Shown piece after piece: positions 8,414 to 17,885 of a stretch of 64,000 nt of DNA (its first letter is position 1; each line of letters opens with the position of its first letter). The stretch comes from Clostridiales bacterium (GTDB lineage: Bacteria > Bacillota > Clostridia > Christensenellales > Aristaeellaceae): the NCBI GenBank assembly GCA_015056015.1, contig SVHD01000005.1, positions 13,924 through 77,923 of the forward strand, written 5' to 3'. Below the pieces are notes generated by a model. The model saw nothing but the letters and a program-made list of their open reading frames with translations. It had not been told where the DNA came from and did not search any database. The translations under genes and the position numbers were made by a program.

Positions 8414-11011
8414 TCATCCTTTCTTTTCGCAATCCAGCCGCAGGGTAACGATTTCCCAGGGCCCGATTTCAAGGGGAATCCGATGGGCTTCAAATTCAGC
8501 AGGCACAGGGCAGGTTTCATCCAGCGCTACATACCGGGCATTTTTCAGCGCAAAGCCGCTTTCCAGCACGCCCTTTTGCTTTTCTGCAGAAGCATTCCAC
8601 AGCCGCACAATGACAGCGTTCATATCCCCGTCCTCCGGGGCCTTGACGGCGCTGATCTGAAGCTTTTCGCCATTCAGCTTCAGCAGCGATTTGCCCATTT
8701 CCGCTTCCCCCCTGCCAAAGCGGGCGGTAAATTCAGCGCAGAGCCGATCCTGGATTTTCAGCAGATCGGCATAGGAATCCTTTTGATTCATCACGGCCAT
8801 GGCATAGCGGAAATGATGCTTGCCCAGCAATTTGCAGGCTTCGGGCCGATCCACCAGATAGGCCCGGCTGAAGGAGCGCAGCAGCGTAATGGACATGGCG
8901 CCATCCTGATCCATGCCGCCTTCATGCAGCCCGGCGGCGCTGACAAAAGCCAGGCCCCCCTTTTCGTCCTGACCAAAGAGAATGCCGTTCATGCTCTTTT
9001 CCAGGGATTCCTGTTCATCCCAATTCATCCGCTCGGGATCCAGGCCCGTTTCCCGTTCCACGCAGCAGAAGGCCTGACCGGAATAATATTTCTTCATTTC
9101 CCGTCCCATGGGCAGGGAAGCAAGCAAGCGATGATCTGCCGCGGTATTATCCAGGGTCATATCCACCTGCACGAATTTATCGCCCTTGCCCAGGGTATAA
9201 ATGGTTTCCAGGGTCAGTTCCGTTTCCCGGGTATCTTCCCTTCCCATGGGCAGCGGCAATTTCTGCACCACTTTAAAGGCCGCCTGGGCAGGGCCATGGG
9301 CAATTCTTTCCACCTTCACCGGCGAAAGGGCCATCCGCTTCACATCGCCGATGGGCGCATCATGGAACCAGCCGTTGCCGTCCTCGCCGTCATCCAGATA
9401 GCGGTTGAGACCATGATAGCATTCTCCCGTTTCATGATCCCAGATGGATACCGTGCCATCCGCCCCGATTTCAAAGCGAATCAGTCCGTTATCGCAGAAA
9501 TTGGCGCCCAGACGGAAACCTTCCCCGCCATAGCGCACCGGCAGATCGCTGGGCCGGATTTCCAAAGAAGTGACGGAAGCCGCCGCAAGATCTGCCGCGA
9601 AAGACACATCATACAAATCCAGCTTTTCGCTCTTCTGATCCTGGGTGCGGAGGGATACATTCTTCCGGATTCCATGAATCTGATAAGGAATTTCCTTGCC
9701 GTTGGCATCCACCAGACGGAAAGCATTGCGCTGGGTATAACCGGCGGATTCGGCAAAGGTATGGGCATAGCCCGCCGGGAAGGGAATTTCCAGGCGCACC
9801 GGGGCCAGCCAATCATAGCAGAAGGGATTGAGAATCTCCAGCCGATCCCCCTTCTCCCCAGGCTTTACCCACAGGGCATTTTGCGCCCGGCTGACCAATT
9901 CGCTGCCGATAGCCTTCATCTGGTCATAGCGATAATGCATATCAATATGCACCTGATCGATGGAACAGCCGCAGATGGAATCATGGGGATGATTCTGCAA
10001 GAGATAATCCACGCATTTTTCCATGAGCGCAGGCCGATCCTTTACCCCAAGCAGACGGCCAAAGGCATTGAGGGGCCGCACCATTTTTTCCAGATAATTC
10101 TGGCAATCGTCATTTCTGTATTTGATGGGATAATAGCTGGACATGGATTGCCCAACCAAGCGCATATTCTTGCTGCGATCCGCCGTGCTGTCAATCAATT
10201 CTCCCTGCACGATGGGCAATTGATCATGGTAGGGTGCGGCGGCCTTGGGCAGATTTTCCAGGGTTTCCTGGCTGACCTTGGCATTGGGATAAAGCCGCTT
10301 CAAATCCTCCAGGATTTCCGGGGTATGGGGATTGACAGGGGCATGATCCCGGGCGTCGGCCAGTATGACAATGGGCGCCTTGCCGGGCAGCAGATCCTTT
10401 TCCACCATGCTTTTGAGCCGATCTTCATAATCCGGATCATCATAATGCCAGGTGACCACATTGGTAAAAGTGGCATAACCGCTGTAATAGCCATAAATTT
10501 CGGTTTGATCCGGGCTCTGCCAGCGGAAAAGGCCCCGCCAGCCATCATTATGAAGCCCGCGCCCCAGATACGCGCCTTCCATGCCAAAGCCCTTTAAAAT
10601 CTGGGGCATCTGGGCGATGTGACCAAAAATATCGCACATATAGCCGAATTTCCAGGTATCTGCCTTCCACCGGGCAGCGATGCGCCGGCCCATCAGGAAA
10701 TTTTCAATCAGGCTTTCCCCGGAAACCAGCCTCGTATCGGGCATCACATACCAGGGCCCGATCTTGATCCGGCCATCATCAATCAGCTTTTGCAGCCGGG
10801 CCCGGTTTTCCGGGGCGGCCTGCATATAATCCTCCAGCACGATGGTCTGCCCATCCAGGCAGAAAAGCTCAAATTCCGGGCGTTTTTCCAATACGTCGAT
10901 GAGTTCGTCCAGGGTTTCCGCCAGGCGGAAGCGCATTGCCTGGAAGGGCTGATACCATTCCCGATCCCAATGGGTACTGGAAAAGAAAAAGATCTGTTCA
11001 GGCTGTTTCAT
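8414..11011 (-). CDS. Glycoside hydrolase family 38 alpha-mannosidase (mannosylglycerate-hydrolase-like)
   Basis: 865 aa. The N-terminus reads FFFSSTHWDREWYQPF...GPWYVMPD...DIFGH, the GH38 N-domain metal-site pattern. It starts 18 nt after the upstream GH38 gene ends. Confidence 0.88.
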   Translation of the reverse strand: MKQPEQIFFFSSTHWDREWYQPFQAMRFRLAETLDELIDVLEKRPEFELFCLDGQTIVLEDYMQAAPENRARLQKLIDDGRIKIGPWYVMPDTRLVSGESLIENFLMGRRIAARWKADTWKFGYMCDIFGHIAQMPQILKGFGMEGAYLGRGLHNDGWRGLFRWQSPDQTEIYGYYSGYATFTNVVTWHYDDPDYEDRLKSMVEKDLLPGKAPIVILADARDHAPVNPHTPEILEDLKRLYPNAKVSQETLENLPKAAAPYHDQLPIVQGELIDSTADRSKNMRLVGQSMSSYYPIKYRNDDCQNYLEKMVRPLNAFGRLLGVKDRPALMEKCVDYLLQNHPHDSICGCSIDQVHIDMHYRYDQMKAIGSELVSRAQNALWVKPGEKGDRLEILNPFCYDWLAPVRLEIPFPAGYAHTFAESAGYTQRNAFRLVDANGKEIPYQIHGIRKNVSLRTQDQKSEKLDLYDVSFAADLAAASVTSLEIRPSDLPVRYGGEGFRLGANFCDNGLIRFEIGADGTVSIWDHETGECYHGLNRYLDDGEDGNGWFHDAPIGDVKRMALSPVKVERIAHGPAQAAFKVVQKLPLPMGREDTRETELTLETIYTLGKGDKFVQVDMTLDNTAADHRLLASLPMGREMKKYYSGQAFCCVERETGLDPERMNWDEQESLEKSMNGILFGQDEKGGLAFVSAAGLHEGGMDQDGAMSITLLRSFSRAYLVDRPEACKLLGKHHFRYAMAVMNQKDSYADLLKIQDRLCAEFTARFGRGEAEMGKSLLKLNGEKLQISAVKAPEDGDMNAVIVRLWNASAEKQKGVLESGFALKNARYVALDETCPVPAEFEAHRIPLEIGPWEIVTLRLDCEKKG

Positions 11012-11029
11012 GGTATTTTCCTCTTTTCT

Positions 11030-13477
11030 TTATTCTTTTATTTCTTCTTCCGTAAACAACAATTCCCGCACAGCGCTTCCATCTGCCGGAAACAACAGCG
11101 TTTTGAATTCAAAAGGGGCAAAGTGGATTTCCGCTTTCTGCCCGGTCAGATGCAGGGCAATTTCCGCGTTTCTTTCTTTTCCGCCATTTTCCTGCAAATG
11201 CAAAATCAGGCCGCTTTTGTTTTCCGCTTCCTTGATGGTCAGCAGTTCCAGATTTTCATCCGAAATGGAAATTCCCCGATAGCATCCCGGCAATTCCCCT
11301 TCATGATAGGTTTCCAGTACATGCAAAAGGGGCTGATTGAGCAGCGCTGCCTGACGATGGGGCTTTTCCGCTTCCAATCCCCTTCCACATGGACGCAGGC
11401 AGTAGGTAAAGCGCAAGCGCTCCAGATCCATGATTTCATCCTCTGGATCCCGATCGTTTTGCCCGTAATGATCGGCATACTGACTGGAATGGCCAATGGT
11501 CAGTCGAAGTTCCTGGGGCAGCGCGCTGTAACTGTATTGCCCGTCATTCACCAGCAGCAGCCCATCCTGATACAGCCAGCGCTGGCAGGGTTCCTCCATA
11601 CCATTGGCCGCTCGGGTAATAAAGCCCCCGGCAACCTCGCCGACCGTTTCCCCGGATGCGCCGGATACCGGGAAACATAATTTGACCATTCTCTGCGACG
11701 TGCGCAGATCCAAGGCCGTTTCCACTTCCAGTTCCCTGCCGTCGGCATAGAGATGATATACCTGCCGGATGCGGTTTTCCCCCAGAGAGGAAATGACTTC
11801 TAAAGAGGCCCGCACCGGCCCAGTTTCCGTAAGCCGCACGGAAATTGGCTGCATTTCTCCCGCCTCTTCATCAAAGGAAAAAATATTGTGGGCCCAAGTA
11901 TCCGCCTTTTCGATATTCATCAGGCGCACCCTGGCTGGGCCGCCAAGCGCGGAAAAGCCTGTTTGCTTATCCATAATCTGGCAGAGCCGGCCGGTATCCT
12001 TTTCAAATTCTGCCCGGATCAAATCATTTTCCAGGCAAGTTTCGCTGGCCCGCAGGGAATTCCCCATTGTTTCCTGGCATTCATCCCGGTATACCCAATA
12101 GAGCCGATAGCCCAGAGGCGGCACCGTGGCCCGGAAAATGGAATCCCAGCGGTTATTGGGGCCATCCACATGGCTGGCCCGGATTTTCTGCACTGCCTGC
12201 CATGCCCCTTCATCCGATCGCACAGCCCCAAGACCCTGACGAATCCGAACAGTGCCCGTGGCCTCAAACCCGTGGGGATTGAAAACTACTACCGGGGTTC
12301 CTTGGTGATTCGCATGCCAGAGATAGTTTTCTTCCTTGGATCGCACCCGTAGAGGATTGCCCTGCCAGGTATCCACATGCCAGGAAATTTTCTGAATGGC
12401 GGCATTCGTTTCCCGGGCGGCGATGGCGCGGCTTTCGGCAAGGCCTTCCTCCATATCGTTAAGCGCCTCCCTTATGGCGCAGCCTCCCAGCAGATCATGG
12501 AATTGATTGAAGCAAAGATTCTGCCAGGCCTGATCGGTAAAGGGCTTTTTCATCCGGTGCCCCATTAAGGCACCTGCCAGTACCCCCATTTTTTCCATGC
12601 GCATCAGATCATTTTCCGCTCTCCGATGCAGATATTTTCCCTTCCCGTGGGTGGAATAGCAGCCGCTGGCGTGATGCTGCAATTCGCCCTGCCAGATAGG
12701 CAGCTTTTCCTTTTCCAGCAACGGAAAATAGCCATCCGGAGAATCCATTTTTACCCGTTGTCCCAGCGGATCATCCGCCATAAAACGATGAATTTCTTTG
12801 ATATTTTCAATGGTCGGCCCGCCGCCATGATTGCCCACCCCATAAAAACACATCATGGGGGCATGCAATCTCTCCCCCATTTTTTCCACATCCCGGATTT
12901 TCCCGGAAATATCCGCTTTGCGCAAATATTCGTGAGGAATACGATAAGCCATTATTTCGCTGCCATCAGGGGATTGCCAGCGCATGGGGCCCTCCGGAAT
13001 CCGATCGTTTTCATGAATCTGAGGCCGCATCCATACATATTGATGAATCCCTGCTTTTTTCAAAAGCATAGGCGTAAACGCGCCGTGACCAAAGGTATCC
13101 ACATTATAACCGGTCAGGGCCTTCACGCCGAATTTTTGCAAAAAGTATCCTTGGCTGATCATCAGTTGCCTTGCAATGGATTCCTGGGAGGGCAGATTCA
13201 TATCTGGCTGAATCCACATGCCGCCCACAATTTTCCATCGGCCTTCTTCCACACGCTGCCGGATTTTTTCAAACATGACCGGTTCATTTTCCTCCACCCA
13301 GGCATAATAACAAGCCCCGGCGCAGGTAAAAATGAAATCCTCCGTTTCCTCCATCCGATCCAGCGCAGATTGGAAAGTGGCCTTGATTTCGGCATAGCCC
13401 TCCTGCCATTTCCAAAGCCAGGCCGGATCCAAATGGGCGCTGCCGATCATAAGCAAATCATGATGCGTATTTTCCAT
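11030..13477 (-). CDS. Glycoside hydrolase family 38 alpha-mannosidase
   Basis: 815 aa with MIGSAHLDPAWLWKWQEGY...GGMWIQPD...DTFGH. RBS AAGGAG. Confidence 0.88.
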   Translation of the reverse strand: MENTHHDLLMIGSAHLDPAWLWKWQEGYAEIKATFQSALDRMEETEDFIFTCAGACYYAWVEENEPVMFEKIRQRVEEGRWKIVGGMWIQPDMNLPSQESIARQLMISQGYFLQKFGVKALTGYNVDTFGHGAFTPMLLKKAGIHQYVWMRPQIHENDRIPEGPMRWQSPDGSEIMAYRIPHEYLRKADISGKIRDVEKMGERLHAPMMCFYGVGNHGGGPTIENIKEIHRFMADDPLGQRVKMDSPDGYFPLLEKEKLPIWQGELQHHASGCYSTHGKGKYLHRRAENDLMRMEKMGVLAGALMGHRMKKPFTDQAWQNLCFNQFHDLLGGCAIREALNDMEEGLAESRAIAARETNAAIQKISWHVDTWQGNPLRVRSKEENYLWHANHQGTPVVVFNPHGFEATGTVRIRQGLGAVRSDEGAWQAVQKIRASHVDGPNNRWDSIFRATVPPLGYRLYWVYRDECQETMGNSLRASETCLENDLIRAEFEKDTGRLCQIMDKQTGFSALGGPARVRLMNIEKADTWAHNIFSFDEEAGEMQPISVRLTETGPVRASLEVISSLGENRIRQVYHLYADGRELEVETALDLRTSQRMVKLCFPVSGASGETVGEVAGGFITRAANGMEEPCQRWLYQDGLLLVNDGQYSYSALPQELRLTIGHSSQYADHYGQNDRDPEDEIMDLERLRFTYCLRPCGRGLEAEKPHRQAALLNQPLLHVLETYHEGELPGCYRGISISDENLELLTIKEAENKSGLILHLQENGGKERNAEIALHLTGQKAEIHFAPFEFKTLLFPADGSAVRELLFTEEEIKE

Positions 13478-13603
13478 AGTGTTTTCTCCTTACATTTGGG
13501 ATTGCACCGTTTTCCGTTTTAATTGTATTCATTTTACTGTTTTTTTCCGTCAATTGCAATTGGAAAATGGGACAATCCTGGAAAAAATGAGACCTTATCC
13601 CCA

Positions 13604-13636
13604 TAAAAAAACAGGCAGGCGTCATTTGCCTGCCTG
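13604..13636 (-). terminator. Intrinsic terminator after the second araC-family gene
   Basis: The minus strand has CAGGCAGGC-aaatgac-GCCTGCCTG followed by a T-run. Confidence 0.75.
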
Positions 13637-13640
13637 ATAA

Positions 13641-14474
13641 TCATGAGCAGCTGTAATATTCCTTTTGTTTGCGAATTTTTTCCCGATAGGCCCGGGGAGA
13701 CATGCCGAATTTTTCCCGGAAGGCCGCGCCCAATTGCGCCCCGGAATTCATGCCTACCGAATAGGCCACTTCCTCCACTGACAATTCCTTTTCCTTCAGC
13801 AGGATCCTGGCCTGGTGCAGCCGCAATTCCTGCAGCACCACTTTGGGGGCTTGGCCGCTGGCCTTTTCAAATACCCGGAAGAGCTGAGAGCGGCTCAGCC
13901 CCACAAAATCGGCAATTTCCTGCACCGTGATGGGCCGATGATACGCCCCCTGCATATACCACAGCGCCTTTTCATAATGGCGGGCATGCTCCGGCGCGGC
14001 ATTTTCCTCTTTTTCCGGGGCCAGCAGCGCCAGAAAGCGATATAATCCCCCCAACGCGGCCAGATGCCCCAGCCGGAGTTCTGCGGCGTCCCGTTTAATC
14101 TGCAGCAGTATCTCCCATACCAAAGCCGAATTCGGAGCGGTAAGCACTCTTTTTTCCCGGGCAAAGCCCACCTGGCTGGTAATTTCCTCCGCCTGGGGGC
14201 CATGATAGCCCACCCAGGCATAATGCCAGGGGTCCTGCGCATCCGCCCGATAGGTGGTCACTTCCCCGGGATAAATCAAAAATCCCTGCCCGGCCTCCAC
14301 CTTCCAGATTCTTCCTCCGGCAGAGAGTTCACCCTTCCCGGATGCAACAAAATGAATCAGATAATACCCGCGGGTGGCAGGCCCGTAAGTATGGGCAGAT
14401 TGGCATTTTTCTTCCCCGAAATCACGGATTTGCACCCCATTATTCTCCTGTCCAAATAAAATAGGCTGCGGCAT
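13641..14474 (-). CDS. AraC family transcriptional regulator (cupin plus HTH)
   Basis: 277 aa with ...ITVQEIADFVGLSRSQLFRVFEKASGQAPKVVLQELRLHQARILLKEKELSVEEVAYSVGMNSGAQLGAAFREKFGMSPRAYRE. It is divergent from the GH4 gene. Confidence 0.9.
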   Translation of the reverse strand: MPQPILFGQENNGVQIRDFGEEKCQSAHTYGPATRGYYLIHFVASGKGELSAGGRIWKVEAGQGFLIYPGEVTTYRADAQDPWHYAWVGYHGPQAEEITSQVGFAREKRVLTAPNSALVWEILLQIKRDAAELRLGHLAALGGLYRFLALLAPEKEENAAPEHARHYEKALWYMQGAYHRPITVQEIADFVGLSRSQLFRVFEKASGQAPKVVLQELRLHQARILLKEKELSVEEVAYSVGMNSGAQLGAAFREKFGMSPRAYREKIRKQKEYYSCS

Positions 14475-14596
14475 AATTTCGCCTCCTGCAACATTTCCCC
14501 CATATTATGCAACAAAATACTCTTCTTTTCAAGTTCTTTTTTCTGTATAATATCATTGTTCTCATATGCCATAAAAAAATGAAGGAGGCCTTTTTT

Positions 14597-15904
14597 ATGC
14601 CAAAAATCACCTTTATGGGCGCCGGTTCCACCGTGTTTGCCAAGAATGTACTGGGCGACTGCATGTGCACCCCCTCTCTGGAGGAGAGCGTCATCGCGCT
14701 GTATGATATCGATCCCAAGCGCCTTTCCGAATCTCATCTGATGCTCAGCGCCATCAACCGCAATCTGGGCAACAAGGCCAAGATCGAAACCTATTGCGGC
14801 GTGGAAAACCGCAAGGACGCCCTGCGCGGCGCCAATTATGTGGTCAATGCCATTCAGGTTGGCCTGTATGAGCCCTGCACCGTCATCGATTTTGAAGTAC
14901 CCAAGAAATACGGCCTGCGCCAGACCATCGCCGATACCCTGGGCATCGGCGGTATCTTCCGTGCCCTGCGCACCATCCCTGTCATGTTCGATTTTGCCAA
15001 GGATATGGAAGAAGTCTGCCCCGACGCCTGGTTCCTCAATTACACCAACCCCATGGCCATGCTGGCCGGCGCCATGCAGCGCTTCACCAACGTCAAGACC
15101 GTGGGCCTCTGCCACAGCGTGCAGGTCTGCGTGCCCAACCTGATGAAGCATCTGGAAATGGAATATGATGATACCATCCAGTGGAAAATTGCCGGTATCA
15201 ACCATATGGCCTGGCTGCTGGAAGTGACCAAGAACGGCGAAGACCTCTATCCCGAAATCAAGCGCCGTGCCGCCGCCATCACCGAAAAGCATAATGATAT
15301 GGTCCGCTTTGAAATGATGAAGCGTTTTGGCTATTACATCACCGAATCCAGCGAACACAACGCCGAATACCATCCCTTCTTCATCAAGGATAAGTATCCC
15401 GAATTGATCGATCGCTTCAATATTCCGCTGGATGAATATCCCCGCCGCTGCGTAAACCAGATTGCCAAGTGGGAAAAGCAGAAGGAAGAATTGGTCAATA
15501 ACCCCACCCTCACCCATGAACGCAGCCGCGAATATGCCAGCCGCATCATGGAAGCCATGGAAACCAATAATCCCTTCAAGTTCGGCGGCAACGTGATCAA
15601 TACCGGCCTGATCCCCAATCTGCCCTCCAACGCCTGCGTGGAAGTGCCCTGCATTGCCGACGCCAGCGGCGTGGTGCCCACCTATGTAGGCAATCTGCCC
15701 GAGCAGTGCGCCGCCCTGAACCGCAGCAACATCAATGTGCAGCTGCTCACCATCGAGGCCGCCACCACCCTCAAGAAGGATTATATCTACCAGGCCGCCA
15801 TGCTGGATCCCCATTGCCAGAGCGAGCTTTCCATCGATGATATCGTTGCCCTGTGCGATGATCTCATCGCCGCCCACGAAGGCTGGCTGCCCCAGTATCA
15901 TTAA
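14597..15904 (+). CDS. Glycoside hydrolase family 4 (NAD/Mn-dependent alpha-galactosidase/alpha-glucosidase)
   Basis: MPKITFMGAGSTVFAKNVLGD is the Rossmann N-terminus typical of GH4, and it also has ...GLCHSV... I chose the start at ATG 14597 (RBS GAAGGAGG 9 nt upstream) instead of the track start at 14507. Confidence 0.88.
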   Translation: MPKITFMGAGSTVFAKNVLGDCMCTPSLEESVIALYDIDPKRLSESHLMLSAINRNLGNKAKIETYCGVENRKDALRGANYVVNAIQVGLYEPCTVIDFEVPKKYGLRQTIADTLGIGGIFRALRTIPVMFDFAKDMEEVCPDAWFLNYTNPMAMLAGAMQRFTNVKTVGLCHSVQVCVPNLMKHLEMEYDDTIQWKIAGINHMAWLLEVTKNGEDLYPEIKRRAAAITEKHNDMVRFEMMKRFGYYITESSEHNAEYHPFFIKDKYPELIDRFNIPLDEYPRRCVNQIAKWEKQKEELVNNPTLTHERSREYASRIMEAMETNNPFKFGGNVINTGLIPNLPSNACVEVPCIADASGVVPTYVGNLPEQCAALNRSNINVQLLTIEAATTLKKDYIYQAAMLDPHCQSELSIDDIVALCDDLIAAHEGWLPQYH

Positions 15905-15925
15905 TCTTCTGCATAATCGCATAAC

Positions 15926-15958
15926 AAAAAGGAACCGGAATCATCCGGTTCCTTTTTT
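15926..15958 (+). terminator. Intrinsic terminator after the GH4 gene
   Basis: aaaaaGGAACCGGA-atca-TCCGGTTCCtttttt. Confidence 0.85.
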
Positions 15959-16144
15959 ATAAGTGTTTTTTATTATATCAAATAACGCATCCGCTTGTCA
16001 ACGCCAAAGCATTTCCTTCCTCTTTCATCTTTTTCCGCCTTGATGATGATTTCTGGGTATGATATAGTATGGAACGCAGGCAAAAACCTGCAATCCAATC
16101 ATCCATATCAGGCCTTCGGGCCATTTTTGAAGGAGGAAATACAC

Positions 16145-16924
16145 ATGGGTATTTTTGACGGAAAAGTTGCGATTATTACCGGCGGCGGCAAGGCCAAATC
16201 CATCGGTTACGGCGTGGCGGTTGCCTACGCCAAGGAAGGCGCCAATCTGGTGCTCACCGGCCGCAATGAACAGAAGCTGCTGGACGCCAAGGAAGAACTG
16301 GAACGCCTCTACGGCATCAAGGTGCTGGCCATGCAGGCGGACGTCACCCCCGATGAGGATTCCGAGGACAAGGTAAAGGCTGTTGTGCAAAAGACCATCG
16401 AAACCTTTGGCCGCATTGACGTGCTGATCAATAACGCCCAGGCCTCCGCTTCCGGCGTTCCCCTTTCCATGCAGACCAAGGATCATTTCGATCTTGGTAT
16501 CTATTCCGGTCTGTATGCCACCTTCTATTATATGCGGGAATGCTATCCCTACCTCAAGGAAACCCAGGGCAGCGTCATCAACTTCGCTTCCGGCGCGGGC
16601 CTTTTCGGCAATCAGGGCCAGTGCTCCTACGCCGCCGCCAAGGAAGGCATCCGCGGCCTGAGCCGCGTGGCCGCCACCGAATGGGGCAAGGATAATATCA
16701 ACGTCAATATCGTCTGCCCCCTGGCCATGACCAGCCAGCTGGAAAACTTCAAGATGGCCTATCCCGAAGCCTACGAAAAGAATCTGAAGGCCGTTCCCAT
16801 GGGCCGTTTCGGCGATCCCGAAAAGGATATCGGCCGGGTGTGCGTGCTGCTGGGCTCCCCCGATTTCAAGTATATGTCCGGCGAAACCCTCACCCTGGAA
16901 GGCGCTATGGGCCAGCGTCCCTAA
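16145..16924 (+). CDS. Short-chain dehydrogenase/reductase (SDR) family oxidoreductase
   Basis: MGIFDGKVAIITGGGKAKSIGYG carries the TGxxxGxG motif, and the catalytic YAAAK is present. The start at 16145 has RBS GAAGGAGG upstream; the track start at 15995 is rejected. Confidence 0.9.
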   Translation: MGIFDGKVAIITGGGKAKSIGYGVAVAYAKEGANLVLTGRNEQKLLDAKEELERLYGIKVLAMQADVTPDEDSEDKVKAVVQKTIETFGRIDVLINNAQASASGVPLSMQTKDHFDLGIYSGLYATFYYMRECYPYLKETQGSVINFASGAGLFGNQGQCSYAAAKEGIRGLSRVAATEWGKDNINVNIVCPLAMTSQLENFKMAYPEAYEKNLKAVPMGRFGDPEKDIGRVCVLLGSPDFKYMSGETLTLEGAMGQRP

Positions 16925-16935
16925 AAGATACAAGC

Positions 16936-16975
16936 AAAAAGGTTTCTGCAATCCAAATTGCAGAAACCTTTTTTA
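16936..16975. terminator. Bidirectional terminator between the SDR gene (+) and the radical-SAM gene (-)
   Basis: aaaaaGGTTTCTGCA-atccaaat-TGCAGAAACCtttttt. Confidence 0.85.
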
Positions 16976-17866
16976 TTCTGAGAATAGAGAAATTTGCTCC
17001 ATCCGATAGGGCGCATGCAGCGATTCGGCAATATCCTCCATGCGATAGAGCAGCCCTGTTTTTTCACATTCCCGGATCAGATGCGCCCACAGCGCCTCAT
17101 GCCTGGGGGATGCGCATCCATATTGATTGCCGAAGGTATCCATATAGCGCTTTTTCAGGCCGGGAAAGCTTTCATCCAGCCGATCATAAAAATATCCCCG
17201 CTGATTCTGCCGCAGCGTAACCCCCATATCCGGGTAAGCAAAAATCCATTTGGCCCCCGCCTTTGCTGCCCGATGAACAATAGCGGAAATATTCTCTTCC
17301 GTATCATTGATAAAGGGCAAAAGCGGCATGAGCAGCACGCCGCAATTTACGCCGCCCCGGGCAAGCGTTTCCAAGGCAGAAAATCGCCGGGAGGAGGGCG
17401 GCACATACCTTTCAATTTTCCGGCACAAGTTATCATCCGCCGTGGTGATGGTAATGCCTACCGTTACCGGGGAATGACGCCGGACAGATAAAAGCACATC
17501 CAGATCCCGGGTAACCAAAGGGGATTTGGTATTGATCGCCACGCCAAAGCCGTATTGATCCAGCAGCATCAGCGCCCTTCGCGTCAGGCATAATTGCTTT
17601 TCAAAAGGGTTATAAGGATCGCTCATGGCGCCGGTGATCACCATGCCCTTTTTCCGCTTGCTTTTCAGATCCCGGGCCAGAATTTCCAGGACATTTTCCT
17701 TTGCCCGCACCCGGTCAAAATCCGCAATCTGATAGCATTCGCTTCGGCTGTCGCAGTAAATGCAGCCATGGCAGCAGCCCTTATACAGATTCATGCCATA
17801 ATTGCTGCCAAACCAGCCCCCTTCATGCCAGGAGGATAGAATGGTTTTGGCTGGAATATATTCCAT
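16973..17866 (-). CDS. SPL-family radical SAM protein (COG1533 'DNA repair photolyase'/SplB-like)
   Basis: 297 aa. The N-terminus MEYIPAKTIL...MNLYKGCCHGCIYCDS contains the CX3CX2C cluster in the context typical of the SplB/Rv2578c-like family. It starts 19 nt downstream of the Nudix gene. Confidence 0.8.
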   Translation of the reverse strand: MEYIPAKTILSSWHEGGWFGSNYGMNLYKGCCHGCIYCDSRSECYQIADFDRVRAKENVLEILARDLKSKRKKGMVITGAMSDPYNPFEKQLCLTRRALMLLDQYGFGVAINTKSPLVTRDLDVLLSVRRHSPVTVGITITTADDNLCRKIERYVPPSSRRFSALETLARGGVNCGVLLMPLLPFINDTEENISAIVHRAAKAGAKWIFAYPDMGVTLRQNQRGYFYDRLDESFPGLKKRYMDTFGNQYGCASPRHEALWAHLIRECEKTGLLYRMEDIAESLHAPYRMEQISLFSE

Positions 17867-17885
17867 CGTCTTCCCCCGATCGTTT

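Noticed and set aside
14507-14596. N-terminal extensions given by the ORF track for GH4 (14507), SDR (15995), the BNR protein (29324), the lipid kinase (52696), the MerR-type gene (58207), the S41 peptidase (51488), proA (56231) and the GT-C-like gene (49209)
   Set aside because: In each case an internal ATG is preceded at 5-10 nt by a GGAGG-type RBS and begins the conserved family N-terminus. The upstream extension is hydrophobic or low-complexity, or overlaps the RBS or the -10 element.
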